Shown: positions 37,328 through 49,254 of the stretch, piece by piece | Layout of the letters: each line of letters opens with the position of its first letter | Position numbering within the stretch: the first letter of the stretch is position 1 | DNA from: Mobula hypostoma | Taxonomy: Eukaryota | Direction: 5' to 3' | Length of the DNA: 64,000 nt | Assembly (NCBI RefSeq): GCF_963921235.1 | Contig: NC_086097.1 | Coordinates: 204,230,001-204,294,000, forward strand | The notes under the pieces: generated by a model | Databases searched by the model: none | Told to the model about the DNA's origin: nothing | The model's input: the letters and a program-made list of their open reading frames with translations, nothing else | Position numbers and translations under genes: made by a program

Positions 37328-37541
37328 GGAATTCTCTGCCACAGGAAACAGTTGAGGCCAGTTCATTGGCTATATTTAAGAGGGAGTTAGATATGGCCCT
37401 TCTGGTTAAAGGGATCAGGGGGTATGGAGGGAAGGCTGGTACAGGGGTCCGAGTTGGATGATCAGCCATGATCATACTGAGTGGCAGTGCAGGCTCGAAG
37501 GGCTGAATGGCCTACTCCTGCACCATTTTCTATGTTTCTAT
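37328..37541 (+). mobile_element. Short CR1 3' end (family of 24021 and 60444) nested in CR1
   Basis: Closely matches the reverse complement of 24021-24238; tail ttctatgtttctat. Confidence 0.8.
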
Positions 37542-37574
37542 GGAACAATGAGATAGCTGATGAACTAAATGAGT

Positions 37575-37896
37575 AAACATAAAATAATCTGCAGATGCTG
37601 GGGTCAAAGCAACAAAACAACATGCTGGAGGAACTCAGCAGGTCGGGCAGCATCCGTGGAAAAAGTCGGTCGACAGTTCGGGCTGGAACCCTTCGTCAGG
37701 ACTGAAGAGGAAAGGGGCAGAGGCCCTATAAAGAAGGTGGGGGGAGGGTGGGAAGGAGAAGGCTGGTAGGTTCCAGGTGAAAAACCAGTAAGGGGAAAGA
37801 TAAAGGGGTGGGGGCGGGGAGGCAGGGAGGTGATAGGCAGGAAAGGTGAAGAAAGAGTAGGGGAAAACACAATGAAAAGTAGAAGGAGGCAGAACC
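37575..37896 (-). mobile_element. Penelope-like terminal-repeat fragment with a variant hammerhead
   Basis: Flanked by atgagt at 37569-37574 and 37897-37902; minus strand cagtcCTGACGAagggttccagcccGAACtGTCgacc at 37667-37704. Confidence 0.7.
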
Positions 37897-39552
37897 ATGA
37901 GTGTTTTGCATCAGTCTTCACTGTGGAAGACACTAGCAGTATGCCTCATGTTGTAGTGCGTGAAGGAAGAGAAGCGGGTGCAGTTACTGTTACAAGAGAG
38001 AAGGTGCTCAAAAAGCTGAAAGACGTAAAGGTACATAAGTCACCCGGATCAGAGGAACTGCACCCTAGGGTTCTGAAAGATTAGAGATTGTGGTGGCATT
38101 AAAAATGATCTTTCAAAAATCATTGGAGCCGGCATAGTGCCAGAGGACTGGAAAATTGCAGATGTCACTTCACTCTTTAAGAAAAGAGGAAGGCAGCAGA
38201 AAGGAAATTATAGACCAGTTAGCCTGACCTCAGTGGTTGGGAAGATGTTAGAGTCAATTGTTAAGGATGAGGTGATGGAGTACTTGGTGACATAGGACAA
38301 GATAGTACAAATTTATCATAGTTTCCTTCAGGGAAAAATCTGCCTGACGAACTGTTGGAATTCTTTGAGGAGATTACAAGTAGGATAGATAAAGGGGATG
38401 CAGTGGATGTTGTGTATTTGGACATTCAGAAGGCCTTTGACAGGGTGCCACACATGAGGCTGCTTACCAAGTTAACAGCCCATGGTATTACAGGACAGTT
38501 ACTAACATGGTTAGAGCATTGGCTGATAGGTAGGAGGCAGTGATTGGGAATAAAAGGATCCTTTTCTGGTTGGCTGCCAGTGGCTAGTGGTGTTCGCAGA
38601 GGTTGGTGTTGGAACCACTTCTTTTTATGCTTTTATAAATGATTTAGATGATGGAATAGATTACTTTGTTGCCAAGTTTGCAGATGATATGAAGATTGGT
38701 GGAGGGGCAGTTAATGTTGAGGAAACAGATAGGATGCAGAAGGACTTAGATAGATTTGGAGAATGGGCAAGAAAGTGGTAAATGAAATACAATGTTGGAA
38801 AATGCATTTTGGCAGTAGAAATAAATGTGCAGACTACTTTCTAAATGGGGAGAAATCTAGGCATCTGATATTCAGAGGGACTTGTGCAGAACACCCTGAA
38901 GGTTAACTTGCAGGTTGAGTCGGTGGTGAGGAAGGCAAATGCCAGGTTAGCATTCATTTCAAGAGGTCTAGATACAAGAGCAATGATGTGATGCTGAGGC
39001 TTTATAAGGCACTGATGAAGCCTCATCTTGAGTATTGTGAACAGTTTTGAGCCCCTCATCTTAGAAAAGATATGCTGACATTGGAGAGGGTCCAGAGGAG
39101 GTTCACAAGGATGATTCCATGAATGAAAGGGTTATCATATGATGAACGTTTGATGGCTCTGGGTCTGTACTCGCTGGAATTCAGAAGGATGAGGGGGGAT
39201 CTCATTGAAACCTTTCAAATGTTGAAAGGCCTAGACAACGTAAACGTGGAAAGGATGTTTCCCATGGTGGTAGAGTCTAGGACAACAGGGCACAGCCTCA
39301 GGATAGAGGGGCACCCTTTCAAAACAGATGCGGAGAAATTTCTTTAGCCAAAGGGTGGTGAGTTTGTGGAACTTGTTGCCACTGCAGTTGTGGAGGCCAG
39401 GTCATTGGTTGTATTTAATGCAGAGATTGATAGGTTCCTGATTGGACATGGCATACAAGGTTACGGGGAGAAGGCTGGGAACTGGGGCTGAGGAGGAGAT
39501 TTAAAAAAAGGATCAGCCATGATTGAATAGCAGAGCAGACTCGATGGGCCAG

Positions 39553-40957
39553 ATAGAGTTTGTATGAGGGGTGCGTGGGGTCCTTCATAATGCTGTTTGC
39601 TTTACGGATGCAGTGTGTGGTGTAAATGTCTGTAATGGCAGGAAGAGAGACTCCGATGATCTTCTCAGCTGGCCTCACTATCCGCTGCAGGGTCTTGCGA
39701 TCCGAGATGGTGCAATTTCTGAACCAGGCAGTGATGCAGCTGCTCAGGATGCTCTCAATACAACCTCTGCTGAATGTGGTGAGGATGGGGGGTGGGAGAT
39801 GGACTTTTCTCAGCCTTCGCAGAAAGTAGAGACGCTGCTGGGCTTTCTTTGCTGTGGAGCAAAGGAGAGATTCTCTGCCAGGTGAACACCAAGAAATTTG
39901 GTGCTCTTAACGATCTCTACGGAGGAATCGTTGTTGTTCAGCGGAGAGTGGTCACTCCGTGTCCTCCTGAAGTTAACAACCATCTCTTTTATTTTGTTCA
40001 CATTCAGAGACAGGCTGTTGGCTCTGCACCAGTCTGCTAGCCGCTGCACCTCCTCTCTGTATGCTGACTCATCGTTCTTGCTGATGAGACCCACCACGGT
40101 CGTGTCATCGGCGAACTTGATGATGTGGTTCGAGCTGTGTGTTGCAGTACAGTTGTGGGTCAGCAGAGTGAACAGCAGTGGACTGAGCACACAGCCCTAG
40201 GGGGCTCCCATGCTCAGTGTGATGGTGCTGGAGATGCTGCTTCCAATCTGGACTGACTGAGGTCTCCCAGTCAGGAAGTCAAGGATCCAGTTGCAGAGGG
40301 AGGTGTTCAGGCCCAGTAGGCTCAGCTTTCCAATTAGCTTCTGAGGAATGATTGTGTTGAATGCTGAACTGAAGTCTATGAAGAGCATTCAAACGTACGT
40401 GTCTTTTTTGTCCAGGTGGGTTAGGGCCAGGTGGAGGGTGATGGCAATGGCGTTGTCTGTTGAACAGTTGGGACGATACGCGAACTGCGGGGGTCCAATG
40501 AGGGGGGCAGCAGGGTCTTGATGTGCCTCCTGACGAGCCTCTCAAAACACTTCATGATGATGGATGTGAGTGCAACTGGATGGTAGTCGTTGAGGCAGGA
40601 CACTGAAGACTTCGGCATGGGGACGATGGTGGCGGCCTTGAAGCATGTAGGAACAACGGCACTGCTCAGGAAGATGTTGAAGATGTCAGTGAGAATATCT
40701 GTGAGCTGGTCTGCACATCCTCTAAGCACTCTGCCAGGAATATTGTCTGGTCCAGCAGCCTTCTGTGGGTTGACCCTGTCCAGGGTTTTCCTCACATCAG
40801 CCATGGTAAGACACAGCACCTGGTCATTTGGAGGATGGGTGGTCTTCCTTGCCGCCACGTCATTTTCCGCCTCAAAACAAGCGTAGAAGTTGTTCAGCGC
40901 ATCTGGGAGGGAGGCATCACCCACACAGTCAGGTGATGCTCTCCTGTAGTTGGTGAT
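39553..40957 (-). mobile_element. Rex1/Babar-like LINE RT fragment
   Basis: [67 protein letters not shown]. Confidence 0.85.
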
Positions 40958-42059
40958 AAAAGCTAAAAGCCAATGCAAGGAAACACAGGTAGAGCATTCG
41001 GGCAACAATCCTTCTTTATCATTCTGTCTGCCAGATGTACTTGCTTATTTAATTGGGAATGAAGTTAAGTATTTTCGCATTTGGCAGTTTTGCTGAGTTG
41101 TTATGGAATATTGTACTTGTATCACAGTACTTGTCATTTGTCACAATCCTACACCAGTTGCTGGTTCAGCAAATAATAAAAACCACTTCCATGTCGTCAT
41201 TTGATCAGAAATTAGCTGATGTAGGAACTGCACACTCATTGTGGGAAGGACGCAAGTCTGCAACTCATCTGGGCATCTGTTCTGATTACTCATTATTGAA
41301 ATGTGTAAGGCATTTAATTTTATCCTGAACAAATTAGTGTTCCCACCTCACCCCAGGATTCATCATTGCTTCCTAATACTTAAAAGTCACGGAGTATGGG
41401 GTTGGCACCAGTTCTGTGTTTGCTTTACTGAACAGATTGTCCAGCATGCAGGACATGCAATGAGAGATGTCGATAAGGTTTAGTAATACTCATCCTCCTT
41501 TGCATACAACACGTTAGTTTAAATGCTGTTGGGAAGCAGAGCGTCCTGCAACTGCACAGGTGGGAGCTTCCAACTGGAATCACCACTTGGAATGATAGTT
41601 GGTCAGAGATTACAGCAGGCAGCAAGTGACCAGAGGAACATGGTGTGTCTGGATGTGGGAAAATGGGGTAATGTAGTCACATTCTGCAACCCTTGAAAAG
41701 ACATAACCTGCATCAGGACCATTCATGATCATTCCAGCCCTTGGTTAAAAATGGGAGTGGAGCTGTCAACCCGTACTCTGGCATTCAGTAACATCAGTGG
41801 TTTATACCTTGCTTCAGCTCTGCCATCCTGTACTCACTCCATATCCCCTTGATTCTCTTCACACTTCAAGTAACTATAGATCTCTGCTTTTAGTTCATTT
41901 AGTGTGTAGGGTAGAGTAATTGGGAGAAAAATGTACATAATTCACAACCACCGAAATAGTTAGGGTTTCAGTTTAAAAACGTCATCATGAGAGGCCAGTC
42001 TCTTAATGTAAAAAGTGCGCTTTTGTGTGTAGATTTTGGAGTTTGATTAATTGTAAATT

Positions 42060-42352
42060 TAATCACCAGATTTGGGAACAGCTTCTTTCCATCTGGGATA
42101 AGACTGCTGAACGGATCCTGACCCGGATCTGGGCCGTACCCTCCAAATATCTGGACCTGCATCTTGGTTTTTTTTGCACTACCTTACTTTCAATTTTTCT
42201 ATTTTCTATTTATGATTTATAATTAAAATTTTTAATATTTACTATCGATTTGTAATCCAGGGAGCGGGAAGTGCAGGAGCAAATATCGCTGTGATGATTG
42301 TATGTTCTAGTATCAATTGTTTGGCGACAATAAAGTATAAAGTATAAAGTAT
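42060..42352 (+). mobile_element. Rex1-like LINE 3' end with (ataaagt)n tail
   Basis: accagatttgggaacagcttctttcca..ataagactgctgaac (TRFGNSFFP..IRLLN) followed by aataaagtataaagtataaagtataa. Confidence 0.65.
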
Positions 42353-42461
42353 AATTGTGTTACAAGTTTCATTAAACTTAAAACACCTCACTTTGTTTTA
42401 TTCATGAAAATCTACATTGATGACCCTGATGGTCCAGAATAATTCCAGAGATATTGAACGC

Positions 42462-44688
42462 ATGACCATAAGACATAGGAGCAGAATTAGGCCATTCAGC
42501 CCATTGAGTTTGCTCCGGCATTTTATCATGGCCGATCCTGGATCCCACTCAACCCCACACACCTGCCTTCTTGCCTTATCCTTTGATGGCCCCTAATGGC
42601 AACTCCTTTGCTTGCAACTTCAGAAACAGCTCTAGTTCTATCTTTGAGCATTGAGTATAGGAGTTGGGATGTAATGTTGAAATCGTACAAGGCATTGGTA
42701 AGGCCGAACCTGGAGTATTGTGTACAGTTCTGGTCACCGAATTTTAGGAAAGATATCAATAAAATTTAGAGAGTACAGAGGAGGGTTACTAAAATGTTGC
42801 CTGGGTTTCATCTCCTAAGTTACAGAGAATGGTTGAAAAAGTTAGGTCTTTATTCTTTGGAGCGTAGAAGGTTGAGGAGGGACTTGATAAGGGGCCACAC
42901 GTGAGACTGCATAACAAGATAAAATCCTATGGTGTTGCAGGAAGGATACTGGCATGGATAGCAGAATAGCTTTTTCCATTGAGAGTGGGGGAGATTCAAA
43001 CAAGAGGACATGAGTTGAGAGTTAAAGGGCAAAAGTTTAGGGGTAACATGAGGGGGAACTTCTTTACTCAGAGAGTGGTAGCTGTGTGGAACGAGCTTCC
43101 AGCAGAAGTGGTTGAGGCAGGTTCGATGTTGTCGTTTAAAGTTAAATTGGATAGATATATGGACAGGAAGGGAATGGAGGGTTATGGATCGAGTGCAGGT
43201 CGGTGGGACTACATGAGAGTAGTATGGGGGACAGATGGGGGTCGTTGCTTTTTGGCTGCTATGTGTGGGAGGGGGTTGTGTGGCGGGCTTTGGGGTTCTA
43301 ATAATTAAATGTCATTCATTCTTTGGGGCACTCCTCTGTTTTTGTGGATGTTTGTGAAGAAAAAGAATTTCAGGTTGTATATTGTATACATTTCTGTGAC
43401 ATTAATTGTACTTAGTGAAACCTATTGATGTCCTAACTGATCAGGAAACGATCATCTACCCCTTAAATATATGAATGAACTTGGCCTCCACCGCAGTCCG
43501 TGGCAGAGCATTCCACAGATTTACTACTCTCTGGCTAAAATAATTCTTCATTACTTCTGTTCTAAAGGGTTGTCCATCAATCTTGAGGCTGTGCCCTCTA
43601 ATTCTGGATACCCCCACCAGAGGAATCATCCTCTCCACATCCAGTTTATCTAGTCTTTACAACATTCGGTAGGTTTCAATGAGACAGCAACCCCCCCTCC
43701 CCCCACCTATTCTTCTGAATTCCAGTGAGTACAGGTCCAAAGCTCCAAAGCTGCCAAATACTCCTCATATGTTAACCCCTTCATTCCCAGAATCATCCTC
43801 GTGAACATCCTCTGGACTCTCTTCAATGACAGCACATCCTTTCTGAGATATGGGGCCCAAAACTGTTCACAATACTTAAGTGCACCCTGATTGGTGTCTT
43901 ATAAAGGTTTAGCATTATCTCCTTGCTTTTAAATGCCAACTTCGCAGTTGCCTTCTTTACCACAGACTCAAACTGTAAATTAACCTGCACGAGGACTCCC
44001 AAGACCCTTTGAACATCTCATGTTTGAATCTTCTCCCCATTTAGATAATAGTCTACACTATTGTTCCTTTTACCAAAATGCATTATCATACATTTCCCAA
44101 CATTGTATTCCATCTGCCACTTATTTGCCCATTTTTCCAATTTGTCTGAGTCCTGTTGTAACTGCATTGCTTCCTCAACACTACCTGCCCCTCCACTTAT
44201 CTTTGTATCATCCACAAACTTTGCCACAAAGCCATCAATTCCATTATCCAAATCATTGACAAACAATGTGAAAAGCAGTGTTTCCAATACTAACCCCTGA
44301 GGAACACCACTAGTCACTGGCAGCCAACCAGAAAAGGCCCCTTTTATTCCCACTCGCTGCGTTCTGCCTGTCAGCTATTCTGCTATCCATGCCAGTATCC
44401 TTCCTGCAACACCATAGGATTTTATCTTGTTATGCAGTCTCACGTGTGGCCCCTTATCAACCACCTTCTGAAGATCCAAGTAAATGACATCCACTGCCTC
44501 TCCTTTGTCCATCCTGCTTGTTACTTCCTCAAAGAACTCTAACAGATTTGTCAGGCAAGATTTCCCTTGACAGAAACCATGCTGGCTTTGACTTATTTTA
44601 TCATTTGTCTCCAAGTACCTCAAAAATTCATCCTTAATAATAGACTCCAACATGTTTCCAACCACTGAAGTTAGGCTAAGTGCCCAAT
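42462..44688 (-). mobile_element. CR1 LINE (RT to 3' tail), interrupted at about 42595-43425
   Basis: Tail ccataagacatag at 42467; SGVPQGLVL..FVDDTK; SLTSVVGNMLES; ttgatg..cctaa recurs on both sides of the insert. Confidence 0.8.
42640..43225 (+). mobile_element. CR1 3' fragment nested in the antisense CR1
   Basis: RPNLEYCVQFWSP..., TRGHELRVKGQKFRGNMRGNFFTQRVVAVWNELP. Confidence 0.8.
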
Positions 44689-45530
44689 AGAGAGAGAGAT
44701 GACAACAGCTTTGAGATGGTGTTATGGTTTTTTTAGCAGCATGTTTACACTTTTGCAAGGACGCTAGCAGCTTCCAAGTTCTTACAGAGAGAGCAGGGCA
44801 GAGCTGCTTGATGGACAGTCGGTATTCAGCATGGTGAGATAAGTAGAAGGTCAGTTATTAGACCTGGAGACACATGGTTTTGGACACTGAATGAGCTTTG
44901 TTGTGCCCACAGAAAAGGTGGGTTTTTGGACGATCGATCAGGCAGATTGATCAGTGGCTCTCGCAGTGTGAAAGGGGTGTGACAGGTGGGGAGTTATTCA
45001 TGTGTCCAACCCTCGCCTGGGTTGATAATTCCACCACAGAAGAACGGTCCCCTTTGTTGTGGTCACAGTCAGTGACTTCTAAAGGATTTCAGAGGACAAC
45101 GGGAAGATTGACAGCGTCAACTCACCTGAAGACTCAAATCTCTCCCTCTCTCTCTCTCTCCATCACTACTCAACTGAATACCACGAACTGAACTGAACTT
45201 TACGCACCCTCATAAGACTATCTATTTACCCCTATACTTGAAGAAGCTTGGTTTTCATATATTTCCACACTTACTTATATATAATCATTGTTAACCTGTT
45301 TGATATATCTGATTTTATATTACTGTATTGCGTAGTTACTAATAAATACCATTAGTTAATAGCAATACTGGACTCCAAGGTGTTTTCCATCTCTGCTGGT
45401 TCTTTAACCCGTCATGTGGTACGTGACAGTATTGGGGCCTGCATCCGAGATATGAACACATTGGTTGGTGCTTATTTGGAATTGATTGGGGAATATCCCT
45501 TTTGATTTGCTTGTGTGGAAAACAGCAGGA

Positions 45531-46490
45531 ATGGATGTTGCGGAATTTCTGGAATCGCCAAACCCTGTGTCCTTGACAAAAGCTAGAAAGTATGAGCTGT
45601 GGGACATTGTTAAGGAGTTACAGCTTACGACAGTAAAGAAGGGTATGACTAAGGTAGAAATTCAAAGAAAAATAGTTGAATATTATGTTTCGACGAAGCA
45701 ATTTACTGAGGATGTGTGGAAAATGTTTGCTGAGGGTAAAGTACTTACTGAGGTTGAGCCTCAGCTTCAGTTGGAAAAATTAAAAATGGAGCATGAGTTG
45801 CAACTGAAACAGCTCAAGGCAAAAGAGGAAGAAAAACAGAGAGAGTTTGAGAGGGAGATGGTGCTGCAAGGAGTTCCAGTGCCAAGCTGTCGTAGGGAGC
45901 CGGTTGTACCATTTAATGCTAGCCAAGAAATTAAGTTGGTACCTCCATTTGAGGAAACAGAAGTCGATAGGTATTTCCTACATTTTGAAAAAGTGGCCAT
46001 AAATCGGAACTGGCCGAGAGATCAGTGGGCTGTTCTGTTACAATGTGTGATTAAGGGGAAGGCTCAATGAGCGTATTTGGCGTCATCTGTTGCAGATGCA
46101 AATGATTATGATACCCTGAAAGGTGCTGCACTTAAAGTTTACGAGTTGGTTCCGGAGGCATACTGGCAAAGGTTCCAAAATTTGAGGAAACCTTGGGACT
46201 GCACGTATTTAGAGTTTGCCCATGAAATGCAGATGTACTTTGATTGTTGGTGTACCTCGAAAGGGGCAAGTGAGAATATTGACAAACCTAAAACAGTTGG
46301 TATTGATTGAACAGTTTAAGGTTTGTGTCCCTGATGGTATAAGGACGTACTTAGATGAGAAAGAGGCAGAGACACTGTCAGAGTCTTCTAGATTAGCAGA
46401 CGAGTATGCCTTAATTAATAAGGTTAGGTTTGTTTCAAATAGGAGTTACCAAAAGGGTAATAGAGATAACCCACCGGCTAAACCAGAAAG
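45531..46490 (+). pseudogene. Gypsy gag with SCAN-like capsid region
   Basis: LVPPFEETEVDRYFLHFEKVA..WPRDQWAVLLQ..GKAQ*..YELVPEAYWQRF..LKQLVLIEQFKVCVP..LADEY; one stop and one frameshift. Confidence 0.75.
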
Positions 46491-46494
46491 TAAA

Positions 46495-47410
46495 TTCTGC
46501 ATTTGTGGTGCCACCTGGACTGTATGAATATAATAATGTTTTACCCTTCAGGATGAAAAATGCTCCAGGGACATTTCAAAGAATGATCAATTCTGTGATT
46601 AGAGGTTTAGAAAACATAGGGGCTTATATCGATGACTTAGTGGTCTGGAATGACACATGGGAAGAGCATATTGCGGCTGTAGAAAGACTGTTTGAAAGGC
46701 TATTCAAGGCCAATCTTGCGGCAAACCTTGCTAAAAGTGAGTTTGGTCATGCTACAGTTACATATCTCGACTATGTTGCAGGCCAGGGCCAAATGGCTTC
46801 TGTACAGGCTAGGGTTCAAGCTATTGCTGAGGTTCCTGTTCCAACGGGCAAGAAAGTGTTAAGGTTTTTGGGAATGGTTGGGTATTATGGTAAGTTTTGT
46901 AAGAACTTTGCAGATATCGCTCTCCCCCTAACAAAACTCCTAGGGAAGAGTGCAAGATTTGTATGGAATGACCTTTGCCAGGAGGCATTTGGCCCTCTGA
47001 AAACCATCCTGTGCTCAAAGCACCTGATTTTTCAAAACCATTCTCTGTTGCAACAGGCGCTAGTGATGAAGCTGCTGGGACAGTACTGTTACAGAGGGGC
47101 GAGGACGACATTGAGCATCCAGCAGCTTATTTCTCAAAGAAATTTAATGTGCACCAGAAAAATTATTCCACTGTTGAAAAGGAGTTACTAGCACTTATTC
47201 TGGCCTTACAACATTTTGAGGTCTATGTTTGTCCTGCCCAGAGACCACTTGTGGTTTACACGGATCATAATCTGTTGGTGTTTCTAACTAAGATAAAGGA
47301 TAATAATAGACGGTTATTAAATTGAAGTCTGATATTGCAAGAATATGACCTGAAAATCAAACATGTGAAAGGTACTGACAACATTATAGCTGATTGTCCA
47401 GATGTTAAGT
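46495..47410 (+). pseudogene. Gypsy RT (C-terminal half) and RNase H
   Basis: SAFVVPPGLYEYNNVLPFRMKNAPGTFQRMIN..AYIDDLVV..FLGMVGYY; APDFSKPF..YFSKKFN..NYSTVEKELLALILALQHF..YTDHN. Confidence 0.8.
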
Positions 47411-47591
47411 TAGAAACTGTATACATTTTTGCTCTGTTACCTGATGATTATATATGTATTGTTTCAAACTCTGTAATTTACTTCATCAAAATTTTTCCTA
47501 AAAGGAAGGAGGTGTGATGGGGTCCTGAATTACCCCATGAACTGTGTTTTTGAAGAGAGAGAGAGTTATTTAACACAAACACTTTGTTGTT

Positions 47592-47596
<5 letters not shown>

Positions 47597-47642
<46 letters not shown>
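47597..47642. repeat. (GA)23 microsatellite inside the 3' LTR
   Basis: Read directly from the sequence. Confidence 0.95.
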
Positions 47643-47645
<3 letters not shown>

Positions 47646-49254
47646 AGACAGCTTTGAGATGGTGTTATAGGTTTTTCAGCAGCATTTTTACACTTTTGCA
47701 AAGATGCTAGCAACTTCCAAGTTCTTACAGAGAGAGAAGGGTGGAGCTTATTGATGGACAGTTGGTATTCAGCATGGTGAGATAAGTAGAAGGTCAGTTG
47801 TTAGACCTGGAGACACATGGTTTTGGACACTGAATGAGCTTTGTTGTGCCTGCAGGAAAAGGTGGGTTAAAAAAGTGGAAAAACTGTTGGCAAAGTTCCT
47901 TAAACATGTATATATCCAGAAAATTTCCTTCCAATTCTCGGAAGGACACACAATGACGGAGAATACTTCAGCTGAGTCCATTTTTGTTGCTTGGTAATAA
48001 AACCAGTTCAGATGTTTTGCTGCCTCAGTGCAGAAAGATAATTCCATCAGCAAACAGCTATGGGTGAGTAATCAGCCACAAGCCAGTGCTCAAATCTCTC
48101 TCATATAGCTCATCAAACTATCTCATGAGTCATCAGAGGAGCTCCTGATCAGCAGCCTGTTTATGATTCCTGTACTACTGCCTAGAAGAGGAAGAGAAAT
48201 TGTCAGATAACTGACTGGTTATTTCTGGTGCTTGTAACATAAATAATGTCAATCCATTTATCCAGCTATATCACCAAGGTGATCTACTTTACAAACAACG
48301 GCGTTGCTCCAGAAGGGGATAGACAACAAACCCTGAATAAATAATTCACCACAGCAAACTCTCAGTTGTCAATTGCATCCCAGTTCCCCCATGCTATTTT
48401 GAGTAATTTACAATTTATGCATGCTTTTCACAGTCATCAGTATTATTGAACAACATCTCTGCAGGCATAACGTAGCCTATAAGCTGTCATAAGATGTGCC
48501 GGTAAATTCAGAGTGGAGAATGCTGCCATTTTTATAATTTGACATGGTTATCTATAATTCAACAATGTAAGGTATATTTACATTAGTGCCATTATAAGAC
48601 TCACATGGCTCTAATTCCTGCTGGATTAAACTGGTTACGCAGCATAAATGTTTTGGAAATGTCACTCCACTGTTCAGGGGAGAGATGCAGAAGAAAGGAA
48701 ACTATAGGCCAGTTAAATTGACCACAGTGGCTGGGAAGATGTTGGAGTCAATTACTGAGGATGAGGTCTCAGAGTACTTGGAGGCACATGATAAAAAAGG
48801 CCGTTGTCAACATGGTTTCCTCAAGGGAAAACCTTGCCCAAAAAATCTGTTCGAATTCTTTGAAGAATTACCAAGCCGGATAGACAAAGGAGAATTGGTT
48901 GATGTTGTGTACTTGGATTTTCAGAAGGCCTTTGACAAGGTGCCACACATGAGGCTGCTTAACAAGCTATGAGCCCATGGTATTATAAGAAGGATTCTAG
49001 CATGGATAAAATAGTAGCTGATTGGCAGGAAGCAAAGTGTTGAAATAAAGGGAGCCTTTTCTGGTTGGTCGCCAGTGACCTGGTTTTCCACAGGGATCTG
49101 TGTTGGGACTGATTACTTTAACATTATATGTTAATGATATGGATGATGTAATTGATGGTTTCTTTGTAAAGTTTGCAGATGATATGAAGATAGGTGGAGG
49201 AGCAGGTAGTTATGAGGAAGTAGAGGCTTTTAGAAGGACTTAGACTTAAACTTG

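Larger units (their letters stand above)
36155..39552 (+). mobile_element. CR1 LINE ORF2 (same family as CR1 C) with two nested inserts
   Basis: LKVLYLNARSIRNK, MGDFNMQV, DIQKAFDRVPH, FADD, RRMRGDLIET; 3'UTR cut off by the Rex1 element. Confidence 0.85.
44689..47868 (+). mobile_element. Internally deleted Gypsy (Gmr1-like) LTR retrotransposon
   Basis: 5' LTR 44689-45428 ending cgTGACA; tRNA-Pro-like PBS tggggcctgcatccgagat at about 45433; gag, RT and RNase H remnants; PPT aaaggaaggagg then a 3' LTR starting TGTG at 47513 that matches the 5' LTR up to 47868. Confidence 0.85.
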
